Shown here one piece after another: positions 1 to 9,154 of a DNA stretch of 64,000 bases. The notes under the pieces were generated by a model that searched no databases, was not told the DNA's origin, and saw only the letters and a program-made list of their open reading frames with translations. Where the stretch lies: the IMG/VR virus record IMGVR_UViG_3300030376_003962; one strand, written 5' to 3'. A program made the translations under genes and the position numbers. The DNA is from an uncultured virus (IMG/VR IMGVR_UViG_3300030376_003962). Taxonomy: Duplodnaviria; Heunggongvirae; Uroviricota; Caudoviricetes. Numbering within the stretch: the first letter of the stretch is position 1; each line of letters starts with the position of its first letter.

Positions 1-1650
1 GTACAGGGAAGGTCATCGGGTCAGATATGGACAGCATCAACATCCGGTAGTGCATCTGCTCCTGTCTTTACTCGTAGGACCGATTTGAACACAGGTATGT
101 ATTTCATCGGTGCTGATAATATTGGCCTTACAACAGGCGGTAGTCTAAGAGTTGATATAAGCGATAGTGGATTGAAACTAGGCAGTTCAGGTTCTAGAGT
201 CACAACAATACTAAATGAAGATGATATGGCTTCTGATTCAGATACTTCACTAGCAACTCAACAATCTATCAAGGCTTATGTTGATAACAATGCAGGTGGT
301 GGTGGTGCATCACTCGCCAACGGTGTAGATAACAGAGTAGTCACTGCAACAGGTGCAACTGGTTTGAACGGAGAAGCCAATCTAACATTCAATGGTAGTA
401 GCCTACAACTCAACGATGCGGGTATAGACATAAGGGAACAATATGGAAGAATAAATTTCAAGAAGGATGCATCTACTGGTTTTGTGAATAACTACGCTAT
501 CTTCTTCTATAACAATGCAGACCAAATCAAGGGTGCGATAAACTTTAACAATTCAGGTAGTAGGATGGGCTTCAATGCAAATGGAGATTATCAACTCTAC
601 CTACAAGACGGTGTTTTCTATCCTGTGACTGATGATGACGTAGACCTAGGAAAATCAACTAACAAGTTCAAGGACTCCTTCTTTGGCCTAGTTGATGCTG
701 AGAACTTCAAGATAAATGGTGGACAAGGTTCTGATGGTCAAGTGCTAACATCAACAGGTAGTGGTGTTGCTTGGGAGGATGTAAGTGGTGGTGGTAGCGG
801 TATCTCCAATATATCCGAGGACACTACTCCACAGTTAGGAGGCGATTTAGATGTCAATGGAAACAAAATCACATCAGCCTCAAATGCTGATGTCACAATA
901 GAACCGAATGGAACAGGTGACATTAATCTCTACACAGACAAGGTGGTTGTTGGTGATTCCTCCACTAACTTTGAGATACAACACAGGACCACGACAAACT
1001 CCCTTTTGAGATTCCAAGCAGGAGGAAACACACAACTCATATCTGATGCTGCTATATTTCTAAATGCAGATGAAGGAGGGGCAGGTGGTAGTGCCAGTCT
1101 GATTAGGGCAAATGCACTAACAATAACTATGGGTAAGAACAACAACGATGCCACTCTAACGACAGCAGGGACAGGCGACTTGACCCTAAGCACAAACTCA
1201 GGAACGAACTCAGGAACTATTACCATCGCTGACGGTGCAAATGGAAACATATCCCTTACACCAAACGGGACAGGAAACGTAAACATATCGAACGCATTAA
1301 ACATAAATAATGTAAGCAAGGAAGGAAATACAGTATCAGGTTCTAGTTTGGCTGATGGAAGTTCTGTGACATTATTCACTGTTCCAGCGACAACAAGAGG
1401 ATTCAAAGCGACCATATTCTTCAAGGACACAAGCAACACTGAATATCAGATTGAAGAGGTAATGGGCTACAATACAGGGTCAAGTGTTGACTTCACATCA
1501 TTCGGTCAGGTATTCAGTGGTGCTGCTGCAATTGGTTCCTTGAACGCAACTAATAGCAGTGGGACAACATTAATACAATTTACCAATGGACAGGGTAGTG
1601 CAATTAACTACCAAGCCACCATTAGTGTGACGCATATGGATTTGAGTTGA
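1..1650 (+). CDS. Tail fibre / virion fibre protein (5'-truncated by window edge)
   Basis: Frame 1 is open from base 1 to TGA at 1648-1650. Gly/Ser/Thr/Asn-rich with fibre-type motifs (SDTSLATQQSIKAYVD, GSDGQVLTSTGSG, DTTPQLGGDLDVNG) and repeated xTPNGTGxxxI units. Confidence 0.8.
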   Translation, partial: VQGRSSGQIWTASTSGSASAPVFTRRTDLNTGMYFIGADNIGLTTGGSLRVDISDSGLKLGSSGSRVTTILNEDDMASDSDTSLATQQSIKAYVDNNAGGGGASLANGVDNRVVTATGATGLNGEANLTFNGSSLQLNDAGIDIREQYGRINFKKDASTGFVNNYAIFFYNNADQIKGAINFNNSGSRMGFNANGDYQLYLQDGVFYPVTDDDVDLGKSTNKFKDSFFGLVDAENFKINGGQGSDGQVLTSTGSGVAWEDVSGGGSGISNISEDTTPQLGGDLDVNGNKITSASNADVTIEPNGTGDINLYTDKVVVGDSSTNFEIQHRTTTNSLLRFQAGGNTQLISDAAIFLNADEGGAGGSASLIRANALTITMGKNNNDATLTTAGTGDLTLSTNSGTNSGTITIADGANGNISLTPNGTGNVNISNALNINNVSKEGNTVSGSSLADGSSVTLFTVPATTRGFKATIFFKDTSNTEYQIEEVMGYNTGSSVDFTSFGQVFSGAAAIGSLNATNSSGTTLIQFTNGQGSAINYQATISVTHMDLS

Positions 1651-1659
1651 GGTGATTAA

Positions 1660-2403
1660 GTGGGCAGACATCCTTTTAGATTAGTACAAGCAGATGGAAC
1701 GGTTAAGTCGGCAGCAGATGTAGGTGCTGGCGGTGGTAGTAGAAGCACTTTGCTAAAAGGATTCATAGATGGCTTTGGTAAGAATAACAGTAACGCTCAG
1801 AATACAGATTATCAGAATACACTGACAACAGCAAACCACTCTTCACAATCTCTCTATTCCACGATAACACTCAATAGTGCTAATTATGAAGGGGCGCATG
1901 GCTATCCATTCATGGCTACTATGGATGGTAGTGTGACGAAGGTGAGGGCTAGATTTTACAGAGCAGAGACAGGTTCAGTGACAGACCCTAAAGTGAGAAT
2001 AGGTATCTATGATGTTGATGAAGTAAGTGATGGTAGGTTGCAGGTCACTGATTTACAGGGATATTGGGATATGCCAACAGACCAAAGTGGAATGGTAACG
2101 ATGACCGGAGTTGACAGCGGTAGTGTTAGTCTGACTAGGGGAAAGATGTATTTCATAGCCTATGTTTTACTATATGATTATCTAGGCAGTGCATCCACCT
2201 GCGCTCAATTCGCTGGAAACAGTAGTGATTTTGAAAGACAACTGACTCATGGTATTAACTCAAATCCAACGAAACAGGTATACCTTTACGACGCTTCATT
2301 AGACCATACCCTACCTTCTACATGGGGTCACAGTTCTGGGGCTTCTAATTCCCCCGGCACTACTTATACAAGTAGACCGTGGTTCAATCTATATGCTTCG
2401 TAG
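1660..2403 (+). CDS. Putative tail/virion-associated protein
   Basis: GAGGTGA RBS and GTG start directly after the fibre gene; 247 aa; no recognisable family. Confidence 0.55.
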   Translation: MGRHPFRLVQADGTVKSAADVGAGGGSRSTLLKGFIDGFGKNNSNAQNTDYQNTLTTANHSSQSLYSTITLNSANYEGAHGYPFMATMDGSVTKVRARFYRAETGSVTDPKVRIGIYDVDEVSDGRLQVTDLQGYWDMPTDQSGMVTMTGVDSGSVSLTRGKMYFIAYVLLYDYLGSASTCAQFAGNSSDFERQLTHGINSNPTKQVYLYDASLDHTLPSTWGHSSGASNSPGTTYTSRPWFNLYAS

Positions 2404-2411
2404 GTGATTAA

Positions 2412-2702
2412 ATGGAAAGAAATAGACCGGGAATACCCCTTAGAAACTCAATAGAGTATAACAATGGAATACGCACTGAGACAATGGAAGATATTGATTG
2501 GTATGCGATAAGAGAACATAGGGATGCTTGGCTGAAATTTACTGATATATATGCCCTAAGTGACATTAATTCAGGATTAACTGAAGAACAAAAAGCAGAA
2601 ATAACTGTTTTTAGACAACAATTGAGAGATGCTACAGACTACGGTACTGCTAATGAAGCATGTGATAATTTTCCCCAACCGCCGGAATGGATAGAGGATT
2701 GA
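2412..2702 (+). CDS. Tail fibre assembly chaperone-like protein
   Basis: W-x-x-IRxxRDxxLxxTD...FRQxLRD...FPxPP pattern typical of tail fibre assembly chaperones; adjacent to the fibre gene. Confidence 0.7.
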   Translation: MERNRPGIPLRNSIEYNNGIRTETMEDIDWYAIREHRDAWLKFTDIYALSDINSGLTEEQKAEITVFRQQLRDATDYGTANEACDNFPQPPEWIED

Positions 2703-2708
2703 TAGAAA

Positions 2709-2996
2709 ATGGCACTTAGAATAACATATGAAACAGACTACGGAATAAACTGCCCCGAAGCACATTGCGTGATAAGCAGGACAGAATGCTTCAAGAAGGA
2801 AACATTTAGAATGACATACAATGGAGAGATATATTACAATGAGCAATCATATTTGGATGGAAAGACACCTATTGCGGGATTCAATATGGAGTACGAGTTA
2901 GACATAAACGACGATACTAATCGTTACAACATAGTGAAGGAATGCTATGAACATCTCAAGACTGTTGCTGGATTTGACAATAGCGTAGATTGTTAG
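2709..2996 (+). CDS. Hypothetical protein (end of tail module)
   Basis: 95-aa ORF, last of the + strand block. Confidence 0.6.
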   Translation: MALRITYETDYGINCPEAHCVISRTECFKKETFRMTYNGEIYYNEQSYLDGKTPIAGFNMEYELDINDDTNRYNIVKECYEHLKTVAGFDNSVDC

Positions 2997-3184
2997 AGTC
3001 TGTTTGATACATGCATCTGTATTGTTATGCATATGAATACTATATTCGTATATATGATAAGCAGACTCTTCAATTCAACGCCCTCTTGCACGATGAACAT
3101 GGTCATTAGGGCGGTGTATGCGATTAGAACCGCCGCTATGAGGAAACTGCTAACTGCATATTGCGCTGAGTGGAATCTCATCAT
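2993..3184 (-). CDS. Small membrane protein (2 predicted TM segments)
   Basis: MMRFHSAQYAVSSFLIAAVLIAY...; hydrophobic; ATGA-coupled to the upstream micro-ORF. Confidence 0.5.
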   Translation of the reverse strand: MMRFHSAQYAVSSFLIAAVLIAYTALMTMFIVQEGVELKSLLIIYTNIVFICITIQMHVSNRL

Positions 3185-3282
3185 ACATATGCACCACAAT
3201 AAGAGCAGAAGCAACCAAGCCTAGAATACTCTATCGACCTAAACCATTCACAGGTTATACAAACTCCGATGAACGGTTTCAT
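3181..3282 (-). CDS. 33-aa CxxC...CxxC zinc-finger microprotein
   Basis: Hand translation MKPFIGVCITCEWFRSIEYSRLGCFCSYCGAYV; ATGA overlaps at both ends. Confidence 0.45.
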   Translation of the reverse strand: MKPFIGVCITCEWFRSIEYSRLGCFCSYCGAYV

Positions 3283-3489
3283 GGTCTAAACCTACTCCAA
3301 CACCATATACCGTAACACAGTTCCCATATAATCATTCATCATCCCATTCTTTGAACATCTCTTCTAAACATCGGATAAACATAGCACTATTCGTTTTACT
3401 CATAGTGTAGTTTCTACACCAACAAGTAAAAATAAATTCCGACTTTATGTGAACAGGAAACTCAAAAAAAACGCAAAAAAAATTTTGCC

Positions 3490-3545
3490 AAAAAAAAGGG
3501 CGTTGGGTCAGACAATGATTTTACTCATTATCCGACCACAACGCT
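3490..3545 (-). terminator. Long hairpin followed by T-tract, putative terminator of the minus-strand replication block
   Basis: Minus strand GCGTTGTGGTCGGATAATGAG-TAAA-AATCATTGTCTGACCCAACGC, then CCTTTTTTTT and further T-runs. Confidence 0.6.
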
Positions 3546-3661
3546 TTACATTCTCTACATTGCCAAATATGAAGGGTTTCTGAAGACCCAACAACCTTAC
3601 CGTGTATTCTTCTAGGGATTGTTTCCCTTGAACAAAGAAAGCATATTTTAGCGAGTGCCAC
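3521..3661 (-). CDS. 46-aa zinc-ribbon protein
   Basis: Hand translation (GTG) MALAKICFLCSRETIPRRIHGKVVGSSETLHIWQCRECKALWSDNE; two CxxC pairs. Confidence 0.55.
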   Translation of the reverse strand: MALAKICFLCSRETIPRRIHGKVVGSSETLHIWQCRECKALWSDNE

Positions 3662-3806
3662 TGCGACCACTTTCTTCTTCAATCAATTTCTCCATGTATT
3701 CTTCGATACTGGATTCGGTATATTTGCTGTTACCGAACGCAGCAAAGAATAATAGAGAAATTATCATGACAAAGACAATCCAGCCCAACCATTCCCAAGG
3801 ACTCAT
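3648..3806 (-). CDS. 52-aa single-TM membrane protein
   Basis: Hand translation MSPWEWLGWIVFVMIISLLFFAAFGNSKYTESSIEEYMEKLIEEESGRSGTR; starts right after the exonuclease stop. Confidence 0.55.
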   Translation of the reverse strand: MSPWEWLGWIVFVMIISLLFFAAFGNSKYTESSIEEYMEKLIEEESGRSGTR

Positions 3807-4400
3807 TTACCACATCACCTCCAATTCCTTCATTTGTTCTTCTTCTATTGAAAATCCTTTTATGATATTATTTTCCTTCCCATGAATCCATAGGTCGTAA
3901 ACTAACTCACAATCCTTCAAACAGTAGTCTGCAACTTCTGTGAACTTACCTGCTTTCCATACCATAGGTGCATCAGAACTGTCCATCAACTTATCTGCTC
4001 CAAGAGTGTTCTGAACTAGATTGGAAAGACTGTATCTTTCACCGTGTTCCTTGTTCAGTATCCTACTGGTATCTATGTATGCTTTCTTATCCAAGTATTC
4101 CTTAATACAGTAGATGTCCATTGAATTCTTGAGTACCGCTAAGTCGAATGAGACTATATTGTGTCCTAACAATACACCATCATTTTGCCTATGTTCATCT
4201 AGGTCAAACTTGAGTTGAGAAAGTGGTTTTACTGCTACATTGGATTTTCTGATAGAGCCTATTGGCTCATCGATGTAGACAGTTCCTTGTCTTCCATCCC
4301 ATGTACAGACAGTCGAAACTTGAAACATATGCGTGTTTCCCCAACCCCCGATTTCATGGGAGTAGTTTTTCGTTTCTATGTCTAAGGCTAGAACATTCAT
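3807..4400 (-). CDS. DEDD-type 3'-5' exonuclease (RNase H fold, YprB/RNase_H_2-like)
   Basis: ExoI LDIET, ExoII GHNIVSFDL, ExoIII YCLKD. Confidence 0.85.
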   Translation of the reverse strand: MNVLALDIETKNYSHEIGGWGNTHMFQVSTVCTWDGRQGTVYIDEPIGSIRKSNVAVKPLSQLKFDLDEHRQNDGVLLGHNIVSFDLAVLKNSMDIYCIKEYLDKKAYIDTSRILNKEHGERYSLSNLVQNTLGADKLMDSSDAPMVWKAGKFTEVADYCLKDCELVYDLWIHGKENNIIKGFSIEEEQMKELEVMW

Positions 4401-4648
4401 TCTTTGTCACTATCCCCTGTCCAAAGATTTGCAAGTTTCTTAGCCTGAGCCTCTGCTGGATTAGGTGCAACGATTAGGTTTGGCTTGACCATCCATGCTA
4501 CTAGGTGTTCTCCACCGCCAACTGTTATCATTGTCGATAGATACCATCCATCTTTCCCATATGTATTCAGGGACTCATTTATTATTTTCGGGCCATCACT
4601 AACGTTGAACACCAAAAACTGATGCTCATATGTATCTTTTTTACTCAT
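4397..4648 (-). CDS. Small protein, DUF4177-like
   Basis: YE...LNTYGKDGWYL resembles the LN..G.EGWEL motif. Confidence 0.5.
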   Translation of the reverse strand: MSKKDTYEHQFLVFNVSDGPKIINESLNTYGKDGWYLSTMITVGGGEHLVAWMVKPNLIVAPNPAEAQAKKLANLWTGDSDKE

Positions 4649-6116
4649 TTTTCTTTTCCTCCTTTTTCATTCTCACATATGCCCGAACACCGATTTTCTT
4701 GTCCTCAAACATATCTGAAATCTCCTTGTACTGTCTGTATACTGTTGCCTGTCCTTTTTTCGTTTCTTCTCTGACTTTTTCTAGTAGTAGTGCTTTATTC
4801 ACCCAACCATCATCGTCTTTCTTCAACAACTTTCTGTATGCAGTTTTAAACGCATTTACATTCACTCGCTCATGCAATGCATGAGTTTTCACCTTTAAGG
4901 CTACATCCAGCCACGATACCAGCGATTTATAGCATTGTCGAATAAGTGAAGAGGCTTGTCGTGCATGTCTTTCTGTGACTATATACCTATTTTCCTTATC
5001 AGGAATATTGGGTGCTTCAGCGATACAGCACAGTATTGAGAGCCTAGTCATTGTCTGATTTAGCCTAGTAATAAAATTACCAGCAATCTCAAACACTTCG
5101 GGTCTACTGTTGGAAACATAGTTCCTCATCTTGATTGATTCATTCTTCAGTGCGTCATTGTATCCTCTGCCGAACCTTATCGTCCTAAGCGAATCCCCAC
5201 CTGCATCTTCGTATCTTTCCTTGAGACAGTCGTAGATTACAGAGAAATTGCTGGCGAACTTCTTGATTGGTGCATCTCTAGGTTTGATTGTGCCGACTTC
5301 ATCTAGAACCTTCTCCCTCAACTCATCTTGAACTTCTTGTGGAACTTCCTTGATGTAGATGAGTGTTCTTTGCACTACACCCTTTTCTGCTATGACATTT
5401 GTTAGCATCTTAGGAATGTAGGTGGTAGCATAGATACTGCGTTGACATCTACATTCAATCATATCACCATCACGAAGTTTCTTCCTGATAATCCAGTTCT
5501 CACCATGTAGCGTGTTCATGAACTTGTTCAGGTACATGATTACATTCTCCTTGTGTTGAGATTGCTTGAAGACGCCTGAGTATTCAAACTCGTCATATGC
5601 GACTAATCCACTTCCCTCAAACCCACCATCGATTTGAGTTGGTACATCTTCATAGGTCACATTCCCTTCCCCATCATCAACTGCTTCTCTTTCTATTTTC
5701 ATAGAACCAATCAACGCTGCATCTGTAGTATCGTCAACAGAAAACACATCGAAATTGGTATTGTACTTTGCATTCAGAATCCTGAAGGTCTCATTTGCTA
5801 CAGGGCCGAAGAAGTTGTACATCTCTGTCTTTCCAGTACCTGAAGTCTGCATCCAAATGAATTGTATTCTAGTGTCATCGACCCTCCTACCGCTAGGTAT
5901 TGCAACCATATCTTTGCATATCTGTCCTAATATTACGAAGAACCCGATTGCAGCAGGTATCTCATTGTATTTCGATACATCAACTGCACTCTTCACAAAC
6001 TGCTCCACTATCTTAGGCAGTGTGCTGTTCACTGGTTGTAAGGGAGCAGATACTTCTGCAAGTCCTTCATAATACAATCTATCTTCATCATCATAACTAT
6101 ATTCATCTTCACTCAT
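4641..6116 (-). CDS. MCM-related AAA+ ATPase, putative replicative helicase
   Basis: Walker A TSGTGKT, TTDAALIG, Walker B LVAYDEFE, sensor-1 SIYATT, Arg-finger VVQR, helical lid, C-terminal wHTH-like tail; lies in the replication cluster. Confidence 0.65.
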   Translation of the reverse strand: MSEDEYSYDDEDRLYYEGLAEVSAPLQPVNSTLPKIVEQFVKSAVDVSKYNEIPAAIGFFVILGQICKDMVAIPSGRRVDDTRIQFIWMQTSGTGKTEMYNFFGPVANETFRILNAKYNTNFDVFSVDDTTDAALIGSMKIEREAVDDGEGNVTYEDVPTQIDGGFEGSGLVAYDEFEYSGVFKQSQHKENVIMYLNKFMNTLHGENWIIRKKLRDGDMIECRCQRSIYATTYIPKMLTNVIAEKGVVQRTLIYIKEVPQEVQDELREKVLDEVGTIKPRDAPIKKFASNFSVIYDCLKERYEDAGGDSLRTIRFGRGYNDALKNESIKMRNYVSNSRPEVFEIAGNFITRLNQTMTRLSILCCIAEAPNIPDKENRYIVTERHARQASSLIRQCYKSLVSWLDVALKVKTHALHERVNVNAFKTAYRKLLKKDDDGWVNKALLLEKVREETKKGQATVYRQYKEISDMFEDKKIGVRAYVRMKKEEKKNE

Positions 6117-6815
6117 TTATATCACCATTTTATCTTCGGTATTTAGCACATCAATAAGACGCTTGGCAGTTACTTTACCAAACCCATCTAACTCACTAAT
6201 TTCCTCTACAGAGGCTTCTCCTAACTCCATGATAGACCCGAATTTATCTATCAGGAGTTTTGCTTTCTTTGGGCTTATGCCCTTAATTGTACATAGTACA
6301 TCAATTCTTAAATCACTTGTTGCTATTCTCTTTCTAACAAGAGAAGGCATGTGTATCTCTCTATCTATTGGTTGCATCTTGCATATGACAGAAATCAACC
6401 TTGCTGCTTTCCTAGCATCGTTTACCCAAATGATACTACAATCTGTATCCAGTATTATCTTACCAAATGCTCCATCGAACTTGTTCTTCAACATCCTTGC
6501 TTGATTAGTTTGATTCTTTGTCATCTTGACATACGAAACATAATTTTCAAATGCATCAGTGAATGAACCGTACACGATAACTACATTGTTCAGATAGGTG
6601 GCATCCATGTTATCTATCTGATTCCACAGTCTCTTGTTGATTATGGACTGTAAGAAATCGAAAGATGATTTGGCTTCTATGCATACATTTGCGAATACAT
6701 AGTCACCAACATCCAACCATTGCTTCTCATATGGTATGTTCATCTGTGAGCAGTTTTCTATGACATGCTTAGTCAACTCTGAGTTTTCTCTACTGTCTAT
6801 TCTAAGCACTTCCAT
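6117..6815 (-). CDS. ERCC4/XPF-family structure-specific endonuclease with HhH motifs
   Basis: IDSRE, LDVGDY, IEAKSSFDF...RLWNQ; C-terminal KGISPKKA and GFGKVTA HhH pair. Start set to MEVLRIDSRE. Confidence 0.9.
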   Translation of the reverse strand: MEVLRIDSRENSELTKHVIENCSQMNIPYEKQWLDVGDYVFANVCIEAKSSFDFLQSIINKRLWNQIDNMDATYLNNVVIVYGSFTDAFENYVSYVKMTKNQTNQARMLKNKFDGAFGKIILDTDCSIIWVNDARKAARLISVICKMQPIDREIHMPSLVRKRIATSDLRIDVLCTIKGISPKKAKLLIDKFGSIMELGEASVEEISELDGFGKVTAKRLIDVLNTEDKMVI

Positions 6816-7818
6816 CGTAATACCTCCAACATTTTCCAATACAGTATCCTTGCGGGATAAGGACATTGCTACAACTCGGTGCATTGTATCCTTTATCTAC
6901 AATACCCTTGACATATTTAGTAGTGGTTCTGCCATCCCAATCCAACCAAATGTCATCCTTAGATGCAATGGTCTCTAGTTCTTCCATGATAGCAGCAGTT
7001 ATCTGTTCGTTCTGCTCTACTGTGGTATTCCTGTTTCCTAAACTAAGGAGGTCTCTATACCACTGCACTAGATATACTCTAGCATAGTGACTAGGATTCT
7101 CGACTGTGATTGCATTATGCAAGCAAGGAAGTATTGGTAATCTTCCAATCGGCGTTGGTATATCGACTTCTTCATCTGACATCTCAATAGGTTTCATCTC
7201 AGGAAAGACAGCGAGTTTAGTCCCGTTGGAACTCTGTATTTTTCTTGGTGATTTAGCCAAGTTTAGAATGTACTCCAACGGGTGCATCAAGTCTTCTATA
7301 AGAAGGGGAATACAGTAGTAAGGATTACCATTCTCATCTGAACTACTTAGATTCATAGAGTTAGGTATTCTTCTCAACCTATTAGTTTGGATACCCGTTC
7401 TATCAAGCGTATCAATACCATTACTGATTTCGGAATAATACTGCTGAATGCTTCGGATATCATCTACTGGTTCTCCATAAACAAAGACATGGAAGCCTTT
7501 CCCGCTAAAATACATTTTGAACACAATGTCTTTTTTAATCAACTCAGAGACTACCTCTGTCAAATCATAATATGCATTATCCAGTGGCTCATCGTGTGCA
7601 TCGAAATCTAAGAATGCCCTGTCTAGGATGACAGAGTAATCTAGTTTGATTCCATTCACAAACTCATCGAAGTCATAGACTGTCGTATAGCAGTTCATCT
7701 TCCCATTGAAGGAATTGAACCAACTTAGAAATTCACTCTTCGTCTTCACTACTCTTCTTTTCATTTGCGGTGCGTTTCTTAGATGACTTCCCGCCCACAC
7801 TTCTCTTGGCATTTTCAT
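6802..7818 (-). CDS. Archaeo-eukaryotic primase, PriS catalytic domain fused to PriL C-terminal Fe-S domain
   Basis: FLDFD, SGKGFH, RLRRIPNS; then LPCL, HYARVYL, YNAPSC...YCIGKC. Confidence 0.85.
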   Translation of the reverse strand: MKMPREVWAGSHLRNAPQMKRRVVKTKSEFLSWFNSFNGKMNCYTTVYDFDEFVNGIKLDYSVILDRAFLDFDAHDEPLDNAYYDLTEVVSELIKKDIVFKMYFSGKGFHVFVYGEPVDDIRSIQQYYSEISNGIDTLDRTGIQTNRLRRIPNSMNLSSSDENGNPYYCIPLLIEDLMHPLEYILNLAKSPRKIQSSNGTKLAVFPEMKPIEMSDEEVDIPTPIGRLPILPCLHNAITVENPSHYARVYLVQWYRDLLSLGNRNTTVEQNEQITAAIMEELETIASKDDIWLDWDGRTTTKYVKGIVDKGYNAPSCSNVLIPQGYCIGKCWRYYDGSA

Positions 7819-8107
7819 TTTTATTAACCTCCTTAAACGAGACTTTCGCTTCAAGTAATTCTACTCTAACGATTTCTGCTATTTTTATTCTTAATTCTGT
7901 CATTACTGTATTCATGTATATCTGACCGAATGGTGTTCTCTCTTCAGCAAACACATCTGTCTCCCATACCATCTTCAGTTTATCAGTAGTAGGCATCTTC
8001 TCATACAATGTCTCTGCTAGATTGTTTACTGTCTCAGATACATTCGCAATCTCTGAGAAAGACCATACCTTTTGATTCAATTCTTCTTTTACCATTTTAT
8101 CTATCAT
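7733..8107 (-). CDS. Hypothetical protein
   Basis: 124-aa ORF in the operon; 3' end overlaps the primase start. Confidence 0.55.
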   Translation of the reverse strand: MIDKMVKEELNQKVWSFSEIANVSETVNNLAETLYEKMPTTDKLKMVWETDVFAEERTPFGQIYMNTVMTELRIKIAEIVRVELLEAKVSFKEVNKNENAKRSVGGKSSKKRTANEKKSSEDEE

Positions 8108-8161
8108 TCTTATACCTCTCTCTATATTCTTTTCTTCTTCTAAAGTATTCTTCCCATTTCA

Positions 8162-9034
8162 TCAGAACCAACTCTCTGTGTTAGCGGCATCGCATATTCC
8201 GAAGAAACTACAATTAGAGCAGGTCTTTGCAAAATACTTTGTTGGGAATATTCCCGTCTCATAGGAATGAATCATCTCTGCTATTCCTTTCTTGACCGCA
8301 GTGATACTACTCTTCTTCGCCTCTTCGATGTAAATGTAGTTTGCAGCAGGATAATACCAAGCCCAATGAGAGATTGGTATATCAGGGTCTAGTCCCATAT
8401 CAATGAGTTTGTCATTAGGAGTATGCTCAAACAGTATCTTGTAAAATGCCATCTCCTTTCTCATCATGGTTTTCTTCCAATCTTTCCAACCGCCAGTCTT
8501 CAATTCCATCGGTATGTACTTATCACCCTCTTGAAACATCCTATCGATTATGCCTTGTAGATGAACAACATAATCTCTCTGCAACGAATACTTAGGGTTC
8601 TCATCCTTGTGGATTGTAAACTTAGCATCTAACATCACTTCATTGATGACGGGTAAAAACTGGTCAGTGGTGTTATCGTTGACTGCTTCCATGAATCTGT
8701 TTGCTTCAAAAATAGACATTGCTTCATACATCTCGGTGTAGTCATCTATAGGATGCAGACTCATACAGTAGTTGACCAGTTCGTTGTGTGATAGGTTCTC
8801 TGCCTTCTTAATGTCGAAAGCGTTGAAGAAAGCCTCTCTAGAATTATGGATTATACTTCCCTTAATCATAACATCTGTTGTTTCTATTGGAAGCCGTTCC
8901 TTGTATTGAAACTCATATCTCTTGGGACACCATTGGTATGAGCCAAGAGACGATTTTGATATTTTCAATATTGGTGCTTCTTCATTCCCGTATGTTTCGG
9001 GTTGCCATTGGTATGTGTATTCATTCTGACTCAT
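8162..9034 (-). CDS. Cas4/RecB-like PD-(D/E)xK exonuclease with 4-Cys cluster
   Basis: ISKSSL...CPKRY, GSIIH, GIIDR...ELKTG, C-terminal CSNCSFFGIC. Confidence 0.85.
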   Translation of the reverse strand: MSQNEYTYQWQPETYGNEEAPILKISKSSLGSYQWCPKRYEFQYKERLPIETTDVMIKGSIIHNSREAFFNAFDIKKAENLSHNELVNYCMSLHPIDDYTEMYEAMSIFEANRFMEAVNDNTTDQFLPVINEVMLDAKFTIHKDENPKYSLQRDYVVHLQGIIDRMFQEGDKYIPMELKTGGWKDWKKTMMRKEMAFYKILFEHTPNDKLIDMGLDPDIPISHWAWYYPAANYIYIEEAKKSSITAVKKGIAEMIHSYETGIFPTKYFAKTCSNCSFFGICDAANTESWF

Positions 9035-9154
9035 CTGCTATCACCTGTTTTTTATTTATTAGACCTGTAAACCATTCTTTCGTTTTATAGTAATGTCCTG
9101 CTAATATGCTTATCCTACGCTTGTTACTCCAAGAGAGGCTGTTGTATAGTGTTT

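Noticed and set aside
930..1439. Antisense ORFs in the track (also 43543-44172, 50414-50983, 54671-55189 and many + strand ORFs in 3-32 kb)
   Set aside because: Shadows of real genes on the opposite strand with no RBS or motifs.
8162..9034. CRISPR-Cas locus from the Cas4-like gene
   Set aside because: Solo Cas4/RecB nucleases are common in archaeal viruses; no cas1, cas2 or array is present.
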